Positions 21,401 through 28,500 of a stretch of DNA of 48,026 nucleotides are shown here, in pieces. The notes beneath the pieces are model-generated. The model saw nothing but the letters and a program-made list of their open reading frames with translations, was not told the origin of the DNA and searched no databases. The position numbers and the translations under genes are program-made. Origin of the DNA: an uncultured Bdellovibrionales bacterium (lineage in GTDB: Bacteria > Myxococcota > XYA12-FULL-58-9 > CAYHNK01). The stretch's first letter is position 1; the number at the start of each line of letters is the position of its first letter. Where the stretch lies: assembly GCA_964357695.1 (NCBI GenBank), contig CAYHNK010000003.1:1-48026 (forward strand), read 5' to 3'.

Positions 21401-21516
21401 ATGCCCAGCGCGCCAACCCGGCCTTTCGCCAGAAGCTCATCGAGGCGGCCAAGCAGCGCGCGCCCGAGCGCTACGAGGACATGGTGCGGCGTTACTACGA
21501 GGAGCTGATCCGATGA
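18433..21516 (+). CDS. large membrane-anchored coiled-coil protein, DUF4175-like
   Basis: 1027 aa. N-terminal TM helices are IGVLAIGFTLAVTSAHLGWLLVARLLLLVFAIAGAALALA and VVIGALVATLFVSALV. A beta-rich region carries the ...DEAPQVSLTDP...RWRAIDDFGV... block I associate with DUF4175/TIGR02302. The long Glu/Arg/Leu coiled-coil ends ...RYYEELIR. An alternative in-frame ATG lies at 18511. Confidence 0.6.
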   Translation: MLLGNHQATPPTSVPSLASTPLVRTLMALLTRQRRHMWLQVGPAAIGVLAIGFTLAVTSAHLGWLLVARLLLLVFAIAGAALALAPLRRRVGGALGGAYVAELLADELGSAARSAVELSARLDAETGAPFSRALAAAHIEVTAGRLTELPLTARLDARHRRPRRVVIGALVATLFVSALVTASLRRGRARLLGFLPGTTSMEQSELPLAADMRVTYRYPAYTGLGTRVVEGGDGSLQALAGTQVTLEASSDERVRGASLELVDTAESPVGSVAVAVAGERRLQATFVLTRDGGYRIALVHRDGERVIERRAHPIRLVADEAPQVSLTDPATDVELRDDRQLTIRWRAIDDFGVGPVSLVVEPVGGAESHKILLLSEGSADKTREGTHQWSVDSVALGEQEAARIYVEAWDNDTVGGPHRGISSARTVTIFSARRQHERLLEEQRLVLDRLVDLLARELTTPAWSASNAAGDVAALATQQRLLAEMQLSASVVATLVAALGQDELAQAAVTAAYENVLEHLQRSVRERVTVLDFAQTSPETARPQLADQRVRDRGLLEDDIIYLDDLLALERINAIKETAKELLAAQRELQDLLERYRQSGDAAVRKELEQRIRDLRSKMTQLLARMSEIKQRLPGEYRNIEAATMMRLDEQVRRLEQMLGEGDLEAAAAELQSLANMVENMVSSLDEAQAEYGGERYAAIKKQLDEFSEQFRRLESEQQALTKRNEDLLRRYREQALKESGGDLADLVARVRREVIQALESNDQTAAQSAGQLLGTELTELRARLLDMQALLDGRDFAKAREMGAQAAARGESVTRLFAQGARGPVRATFERAARQNGRTRAAVERANELLDKLFPDPSEVLSPEQMQKLRSLGGKQRDLRDQAEELGGKMAALAEELPLFGGSPRDSLELAQGEMGQASLAIGDHELSEAVGHERRALDALGGLRKALQQAAKQGGGKGGMPLPLALGGHGGGGRGDMSREEVAIPQADAQRANPAFRQKLIEAAKQRAPERYEDMVRRYYEELIR

Positions 21517-21589
21517 TGGCGGCACAGCGCCTCACCCACCCGGCATCGGCGCCCAAGGCACTTGCAGCACGCCCTCGGTAATCCGCAGT

Positions 21590-23566
21590 CTAGATCGCCT
21601 GCGCCACAATCTCCGCCACATCGAGCGTCTTGACGCTCTCGTCTTTGCCGAGCTCGGCGACGCCATCTTTGAGCATGGTGAGACAGAACGGGCAGGAGCT
21701 GCTCACCGTGTCGGTGCCGCACGCGACGGCCTCTTTCGCCCGATGCACGTTGATGCGCTCGCCGATGTTCTCTTCCATCCAGAAGCGTGCACCGCCAGCG
21801 CCACAGCAGACGCCGCGGGACTTGTTGCGCGGCATTTCCACGAGCTTCAATCCGCGCACCGACTTGAGTGCTTTTCGCGGCGCCTCGTAGATGTCGTGAT
21901 AGCGGCCGAGGTAGCACGAGTCGTGCAGTGTCACCGACGACTTCACCTCGTGCTTGAGCTCGAGCTTACCGGCGGCGACGAGCTGCTCGATGAGCTGGGT
22001 GTGATGGACGAGCTCGTAGTGGCCGCCAAACTGCGGGTAGTCGACCGAGAGCGTGTGCAGACAATGTGGGCAGTGCGTCAAGATCTTCTTCACGCCGTAG
22101 CTATTGAGTAGCTCCACGTTCGCCGTGGCCATCGTCTGGAAGAGATACTCGTTGCCCGCACGACGGGCGGAGTCGCCGGTGCAGCCTTCTTCTTTGCCGA
22201 GGATGGCGAACTTCACCCCTGCGGCGCGCAAGATCTTGACCATCGCGAGCGTGATCTTCTTCGTCCGATCGTCGAACGACCCGGCGCAGCCGACCCAGTA
22301 GAGCAGCTCGATGGGCTCGCCCTTCGCTTTGAGATCGGCAGCGCGCGGGACGTCGAGACCTTGCGCCCAGGCGTCGCGCTGATCGGAGCCGATGCCCCAG
22401 GGATTCTGATTCTGCTCCATCCCCTTGAAAGCGCGCGCGAGCTCGGGCGCGACGTCGCCCTCCATGAGCACCTTGTGCTGGCGCATGGCGATGATGCGCG
22501 GGATGTTCTCGATGAGCACCGGGCACTCGTTCTCACAGGCGCCGCAGGTGGTGCACGCCCAGATCGTGTCGGGCGAGATGCGTCCACCGACGAGCGGCTC
22601 GAGCGCTTCGACCTTCGACTTGTCACCCGTGAGGAGCGTAGGCTTATCGGCGTAGAGCGCATGCTTGAGATCGAGGTTGAGCTGGCGGTGCGAGAGCGGC
22701 TTGTTCGTCAGATGCGTCGGACAGAAGACGTTGCAGCGCCCGCACTCGGTGCACGAATAGGCATCGAGCGCCATCTTCCAGGTGAGATCGGAGGTGGCAC
22801 GTAGGCCAAAGGTCTCGCTCGCTTCGAGATCGATCTTCACGAGCTCGCCGCGCGGCCTGAGATTGCGAAAGAAGACGTTGGGGATGGCGGTGATGACGTG
22901 GAAGTGTTTGCCGATGGGCAGGAAGTTGAGGAACACCAAGATGGCGACACAGTGAATCCACCACGACACGAGCGCCACCAGATGGGCGCCGCTTGTGCCG
23001 AGCGGTGTCAGCAGCAACGCCGCCACGTACCCCGCGGGATTGTACGGGAGTGCGCTCGTGCCGTGCACCACGTGCTCACCGCCGTAAGTGAGAAAGTCGG
23101 TGATCATTAAGGTGAAGATCATCACGAGGACGAAAACGCCCTCCCACGAGCGGCCGACGCGCGAGGGCGTGGGCTTGAGACGACGCCACAGGCCGTACAT
23201 CACGCCGAGCAGCACCAGCACCTCGAAGACGTCTTTGACGAGCAAGTAAACGAGACCCGCCTGGCCACCCAGGCCCGGGAAGTGCCAGCTCGGGTCGTAG
23301 GCGTGCGCAAAATGCGTGATGGTGGCGATGGAGACGACGAGAAAGCCACTGAAGATGAAGATATGCGCAAAGCCGGCGACGGGCTCGCGCGGCATGCGCG
23401 CCTGACCGAAGGCGAATTTCAACGTGCCCCAGAGGCGTGTCCCGAGGTGGTCGACGCGGCTCTCGTTCGCCAGGCGCAAGAGCAAGCGAAAGCGGGGCAC
23501 GATGAGCCAGGCGAAGACGCCGAGGGCGGCGACGAGCAGCAGAGACATAACGATCGCGGTGACCAT
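21590..23566 (-). CDS. membrane-bound (Fe-S)-binding oxidoreductase, HdrD/DsrMK-like fusion (multi-pass membrane domain + 2x[4Fe-4S] + two CCG domains)
   Basis: 658 aa with about 5-6 N-terminal TM helices. Ferredoxin motifs are CTECGRCNVFCP and CTTCGACENECP. Cys-rich CCG-type blocks are VGCAGSF, HCPHCLH, VCCGAGG and SSCPFCL. AAGGAG precedes the ATG. Confidence 0.85.
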   Translation of the reverse strand: MVTAIVMSLLLVAALGVFAWLIVPRFRLLLRLANESRVDHLGTRLWGTLKFAFGQARMPREPVAGFAHIFIFSGFLVVSIATITHFAHAYDPSWHFPGLGGQAGLVYLLVKDVFEVLVLLGVMYGLWRRLKPTPSRVGRSWEGVFVLVMIFTLMITDFLTYGGEHVVHGTSALPYNPAGYVAALLLTPLGTSGAHLVALVSWWIHCVAILVFLNFLPIGKHFHVITAIPNVFFRNLRPRGELVKIDLEASETFGLRATSDLTWKMALDAYSCTECGRCNVFCPTHLTNKPLSHRQLNLDLKHALYADKPTLLTGDKSKVEALEPLVGGRISPDTIWACTTCGACENECPVLIENIPRIIAMRQHKVLMEGDVAPELARAFKGMEQNQNPWGIGSDQRDAWAQGLDVPRAADLKAKGEPIELLYWVGCAGSFDDRTKKITLAMVKILRAAGVKFAILGKEEGCTGDSARRAGNEYLFQTMATANVELLNSYGVKKILTHCPHCLHTLSVDYPQFGGHYELVHHTQLIEQLVAAGKLELKHEVKSSVTLHDSCYLGRYHDIYEAPRKALKSVRGLKLVEMPRNKSRGVCCGAGGARFWMEENIGERINVHRAKEAVACGTDTVSSSCPFCLTMLKDGVAELGKDESVKTLDVAEIVAQAI

Positions 23567-23577
23567 AAGCGTGCTCC

Positions 23578-23598
23578 TTGATAGCAGTCAGCTATCAA
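23578..23598. promoter_or_regulatory. perfect 8-bp-arm inverted repeat TTGATAGC-AGTCA-GCTATCAA
   Basis: Read directly from the sequence. It lies 12-32 nt upstream of the Fe-S oxidoreductase ATG (23566), and its left arm overlaps the AAGGAG ribosome-binding site by 2 nt. Confidence 0.3.
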
Positions 23599-23668
23599 CG
23601 ATTCGCTGCTCTGCGTCAACGGGAGATCCTCGCTTGACAGTGTCGCTTCGCCCGCGCATCTTGCGGCC

Positions 23669-24046
23669 GTGTTAGGCTCAACCGGCCGCTGGGGACGCGC
23701 GGTACCGCTGTTGCTCTTGGGGGTCGTCGGCCAGGCGCTCGCGGCGGCGCAGCCGGCGTTGCGCTCCGGCACCAGGAAGACTCCGAGCGTGGCGACGTCC
23801 GCCGTCCCGGCTGACAGTCAGCGCGCGATTTTGTCGACGCCGCCGACGATTGTCCTCGTTGCGGCGACACCCCACGAGTCCACCTCGGCTGCGGCGCGCG
23901 CCTGCGGTGCCGCGGTTGCCATCGTCAGCGACGTCGCGGGTGCGGCGCATCGACGGGCCGCCGAGCGAACACCGGCATCGCCCACGCTGCGTCTGCTGCG
24001 CCTCGATGGCATGCGACACAAGACCGACCCGCCGGCTCGATTCTAG
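23669..24046 (+). CDS. hypothetical small secreted protein (tentative)
   Basis: 125-codon ORF opening at GTG. About 35 of the first 40 codons end in G/C, which is coding-like for this genome. The N-terminus RWGRAVPLLLLGVVGQALAAAQP looks like a signal peptide. It is Ala/Pro/Thr-rich, with no family recognised and no ATG start. Confidence 0.35.
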   Translation: MLGSTGRWGRAVPLLLLGVVGQALAAAQPALRSGTRKTPSVATSAVPADSQRAILSTPPTIVLVAATPHESTSAAARACGAAVAIVSDVAGAAHRRAAERTPASPTLRLLRLDGMRHKTDPPARF

Positions 24047-24132
24047 GTTGCCGCAGACAACGAGCGCTCCGCGGCCGCGTGGGCGGCAGGAGCTTGTGCG
24101 TCGAACGAATCGAACGGACGGAGATCTGTATC

Positions 24133-24231
24133 ATGAACACTCAAGGCGGCCAGTGGGAAGTCGGCCGGCTCATTGTCTCACTCGTGCTGATGACCGCGGT
24201 GGTCGTCGGCGCTTACCTCTATCTCATGTAG
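24133..24231 (+). CDS. 32-aa single-pass hydrophobic micro-protein (tentative)
   Basis: ATG at 24133 is preceded by GGAG (24120-24123) with a 9-nt spacer. The product is MNTQGGQWEVGRLIVSLVLMTAVVVGAYLYLM, with a TAG stop at 24229-24231. It is below the ORF-track length cutoff and lies 72 nt upstream of the aminotransferase gene. Confidence 0.35.
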   Translation: MNTQGGQWEVGRLIVSLVLMTAVVVGAYLYLM

Positions 24232-24303
24232 GGCAATCGCCTGATCGAGGGGATCGTGAGCCTGTAGCGTCGATGGGCCGCTCCGAAGTAGCATGCGCGT
24301 CCC

Positions 24304-25542
24304 ATGACCTCTATGCTCACGGTCCCGTTTTTTCGCCCGTCGGTCACGCAAGCCGAGATTGACGAAGTGGCTGACACCTTGCGATCCGGGTGGCTGACGA
24401 CCGGCCCGAAGACGCGCCTGTTCGAGACCGAGTTCGCCGCCTACGTTGGCGCCCAACATGCCGTCGCGGTCAATTCCTGCACCGCGGCGCTGCATCTGGC
24501 GCTCGAGGCCGTGGGGCTCAAGCGCGGCGAGCTGGTGCTCGTACCCACCATGACCTTTGCGGCCACCGCCGAGGTGGTGCGCTACTTTGACGCCATCCCC
24601 GTGCTCGTCGATTGTGACGCCGAGTCGTTGTGCATGAGCGTCGAGGCCGCACGAGCGACGCTTGTGGCACTGCGCAGTGGCAAGCCCGTGGCGGGTCTCA
24701 ACCCCCCGTACGGCAAGGTGCGCGCGCTCATCCCCATGCACTACGGCGGGCAGATGGTCGACGTCGATGGCATGCGCGCGCTCGCGAGCGAGTACGATCT
24801 CGCGCTCATCGAGGACGCGGCGCACACGCTGCCGGCCGGGTATCGCCGGGACGCGTCGTCGCCATGGCGCAGGGCGGGCACCACCGGCGATGTCACCTGC
24901 TTTAGCTTTTACGCCAATAAATGCATCACCACCGGCGAAGGGGGCATGGCCGTCACCGACGACGATACGCTGGCCGAGCGCATGCGCATCATGTCGCTGC
25001 ACGGCATTTCGAAGGACGCGTGGAAGCGCTACACCGCGGCGGGGAGTTGGTACTACGAGATCATCGCGCCCGGCTTCAAATACAACCTCACCGATGTGGC
25101 GGCGGCCATCGGCATCCATCAGCTGCGCCGCGCCGATGACCTGTGGGCCGAGCGTCGAGCGGTGGTCGAGCGCTATCAGCGCGCCCTCGGCGACCTCGAC
25201 GCTATCGAGCTGCCGCGCGAGGCGCCCAATCGCCAGCATGCGTGGCATCTGTTCCCGGTGCGACTGCGAGTCGGCGCGTGGAAGATCGATCGCGCACAAG
25301 TCATCGACGAGCTCAAGGCCCGTGGCATCAGCACCTCGGTGCATTGGATGCCGCTGCATCTGCATCCGTACTACCGCGATGCGTTTGGCTACCGACCCGG
25401 GCTGTTTCCGGTCGCCGAGTCGATCTGGCCACGCCTCATCTCGCTGCCTATCTTTCCGGGCATGCGTGAGGACGAAATCGACGCGGTGGTGGCGGGGCTA
25501 CGCGCGATCGCCGGCATGCAAACCACCGCTGGTCAGGGTTGA
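24304..25542 (+). CDS. DegT/DnrJ/EryC1/StrS family PLP-dependent sugar aminotransferase
   Basis: 412 aa. It has FFRPSVTQAEIDEVADTLRSGWLTTGPKTRLFE.EFA and FSFYANKCITTGEGGMAVT (PLP-Lys block), which are typical of the family. Confidence 0.9.
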   Translation: MTSMLTVPFFRPSVTQAEIDEVADTLRSGWLTTGPKTRLFETEFAAYVGAQHAVAVNSCTAALHLALEAVGLKRGELVLVPTMTFAATAEVVRYFDAIPVLVDCDAESLCMSVEAARATLVALRSGKPVAGLNPPYGKVRALIPMHYGGQMVDVDGMRALASEYDLALIEDAAHTLPAGYRRDASSPWRRAGTTGDVTCFSFYANKCITTGEGGMAVTDDDTLAERMRIMSLHGISKDAWKRYTAAGSWYYEIIAPGFKYNLTDVAAAIGIHQLRRADDLWAERRAVVERYQRALGDLDAIELPREAPNRQHAWHLFPVRLRVGAWKIDRAQVIDELKARGISTSVHWMPLHLHPYYRDAFGYRPGLFPVAESIWPRLISLPIFPGMREDEIDAVVAGLRAIAGMQTTAGQG

Positions 25543-25571
25543 CCCTCGGAGGTATGCTCTAGGCTCTCGGT

Positions 25572-28500
25572 GTGCACGGGGCGCCGACGGGGGCAACGAC
25601 AGGGGGCGCGCGATTGACGACAAGGGGCGGGGGACCATCATCCGCGACGCGCGGTGACGGCGTCGGTGCATGGGCCGGGGCCGTGGTGATCCTTGGCCTG
25701 GCCGTGTTGGCGGGTTGGATCTGGGATGTCGGCGCGCTCAAGTGCGTCCTTCCCGGCTTGGTCGCCATGAAGGCAAACACGGCGACAGGCCTGGTGCTCG
25801 CCGGGGTTGCGCTCTGGCTCTCGAACGCAAGATGGACACACCAGACGGCGTGGTGGATTGGGCGCGGCGCGGCGGGCTTGACGCTGCTGCTTGGGCTTTT
25901 GACCATCAGCCAAGACGTCTTGGGTTGGGACCTGGGCATCGACCAACTGCTCGTTCCAGAGCGGGCGGCGGCGTTTACCGCGCATCCAGGACGGATGTCG
26001 TGGCTGACGGCACTTGATTTCGTGTTGGTGGGCGGCGCGCTCTTGCTGCTTGGTTTGCGGCGCGCTTTCCATGCGGTCCAAGGCCTGACGCTTTTCGCCG
26101 CATGCGCGGCACTGCTGGCGGTCGGCCGCTACGTGATCGGCGAGCCGGGACTCCTCGCCGGCACGGCCACACCGATGGCCCTGCATACGGCGTTCGGTTT
26201 TCTGATGGTCACGTCAGGCATCATGGCCGCGACGCCCGATGGGGGTCTCGGAGTGCGCTTGCGTCAACGACTGCCAATGATCGGAATGGGCGCGGCCGTT
26301 GTCATGATGGTGCTAGCAGGGGCCGCGTCGTTCTTGAGCACCGTCCGCGTGCAGGAGGCCACTCGCTGGGTCGAGCACACGCACCAGGTGCAGCGGCATC
26401 TGCGAGCCACGGACGCGCACGTGCAGCGTGTGGGCGCGTACGTCCGTGGGTTCCTAGCGACGGGCGAGGAGGAGTTTCTCGCCCCAGTGGCAGTCGCGCG
26501 CGAGGACCTGACGCAGGCGCTGCACGCCTTGCAGACGCTGACCGTGGACAACCCGGAGCAGCGGCTGCGGTTGGCGGCGCTGCGCGAGTTGGTCGTGCGC
26601 CGCCTCGACGTCGCGGACGAGTCGATGCGTCTACGTCGCGAGCAAGGGCGAGATGCAGCAGCCGCGTACCTGGCCACCGGAGCCCCCGAGCACGCCGTCG
26701 CCGAAGTCAGCGCACGCTTGACGGAGATGACGCGCGTGGAGCAAGAGCTCCTCACCCGTCGACGCACGGCCCTCGAGGTCGCCACGACTGGCAGCATGGC
26801 TTCGGCGGCGATCCTGGGATTGCTCGGGCTGGGGCTGCTGACGGCGATGAACCTGTTTGGACGTCGGTTGAACGCCACGCTCGCGCACCACGTCGCGCAG
26901 CGAACCCACGAGCTGACCCGCAGCAATCGGGCGCTGCGCATGCTGAGCAACTGCAACCAGACTCTCATCCGCGCGGCGGACGAAGCGCAGCTCGTGCAGG
27001 CGATTTGTGATCTCGTCGTCACGGATGGCGGCTATCGGTTCTCCTTTGTGGGCTATGCCGAGCACGACGACGCGAAGGCGCTGCGCACCGTGGCGCGCGC
27101 GGGCGTCGGGGCGGGCGAGCTGACTTTCGCCACGACGTGGGCCGATATCCGCACCGGTCAGCCCACGGTGCTCAACGATCTCCACGACGATCCCGCGACG
27201 GCCAAGTGGCGAGACGCCCTTCGGCGACTCGGCCTGTCCTCGGCCGCCGCCGTGCCGCTCGAGCTCGATGGACGCGTGCTCGGCGCCCTGGTGGTGCTCG
27301 CGACCGAGCCGGCCGCATTCGATGCTGCGGAAATGGACATCCTGATCGAGCTCGCGAAGGACCTGTCGTTCGGGATCCACATGCTACGCGACCGTGCAGC
27401 GCATCGGGCGCTCGAAGCCCGGTATGCCAGCGTACTCGGCAGCATGACAGAGGGCGCACAGGTCATCGACTTCGCGTGGAGGTACCTCTATCTCAACGAG
27501 GTCGCCGCAACGCAAGGGCACCGGCCGCGCGCAGAGCTCCTCGGGCGGACGATGATGGACGCCTACCCGGGCATCGAAGGCACGCAGATGTTCGGCGTGC
27601 TCCGGCAATGCATGGAGAGCCGCGCGCCGCAGCGCTTTGAGAATAAGTTCCAGTACGACGACGGCTCGTGCGGGCATTTCGAGCTGAGTGTAACGCCCGT
27701 CCCCGAAGGCATCTTCATCCTATCTCACGACATCACCGCGACGAGGCGCGCGGAGGAGTCTTTGCGGGAGAGCCAGGCTCTGCTCGCCGCGTTCTTCGAC
27801 AGCCCGGGGGCGCTCAGGGGCGTCTTCGAGCGAGACGGCGACAGCCTCATCCCGGTGCTCGTCAATGCCGCTGCTACGCGTTTCGCCGACAACGCTGACG
27901 ACGTGGCGTCGCAGCGCTCGCGGCCAATCATAGATCCCGAGAGGGCGGCGTCGCTGCTCGCCGCGGCTGGGAGATGTGCGCTGAGCGGTATGCCCGTCAC
28001 CTTCGAGACCCACCTGCCCAGTCACGGCGGGGACATCTGGCACCAGACCACCCTCTGCGGCCTGGGCGACTCACGCGACGGGCGAGCGCGCTTTGCCTAC
28101 GCCTCCGTCGACATCAGCGAGAAGAAGCGCGCCGAGGAGGAGCTCGCCCGTCATCGCGATCATCTCGAGGAGCTCGTGCGCGAGCGGACCAAGGAGCTGG
28201 ACGCCGCGCTGGTAGAGTCGGAGCGGAGCGAGCGAGCGCTGCGCGACGGTGAGGCCCGTGCCCGCGCGGTGGTCGATACGGCGGTGGACGGTATCATCAC
28301 CATCGACGAGCGGGGAGTCGTTGAGACGTTCAATCGCGCCGCTGAGCAGATCTTCGGTTACTCGGCGCACGAGGTCGTCGGGCGGAACGTCAAGATGCTG
28401 ATGCCAGCGCCCTATGCCGACGCGCATGACCAGTATCTGCGCAACTACCTGTCGACGGGCGAGCGCAAGATCATCGACGCCGGCCGCGAGGTGGTAGGAC

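Noticed and set aside
18877-21525. Minus-strand ORFs 18877..20262 (461 aa) and 20329..21525 (398 aa).
   Set aside because: They are antisense to the DUF4175-like gene. The plus frame has TM helices, a conserved beta-rich block and a regular coiled-coil heptad-like composition. The minus frames are Arg/Leu/Ala-rich with no features.
21513-21581. 22-codon ORF (MMAAQRLTHPASAPKALAARPR) whose ATG overlaps the stop of the DUF4175-like gene.
   Set aside because: It has no RBS beyond the overlap and no hydrophobic or other recognisable feature. It lies in the short convergent spacer, so it is probably fortuitous.
23850-24362. 170-aa plus-strand ORF spanning the gap and the start of the aminotransferase gene.
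   Set aside because: The product is extremely Arg/Pro/Ser-rich. The ORF is in a different frame from the better-supported 23669..24046 and 24133..24231 candidates, and it overlaps the aminotransferase start.
24178-25365. 395-aa minus-strand ORF.
   Set aside because: It is antisense to the DegT-family aminotransferase, which has the PLP-Lys block. The shadow product has no motifs.
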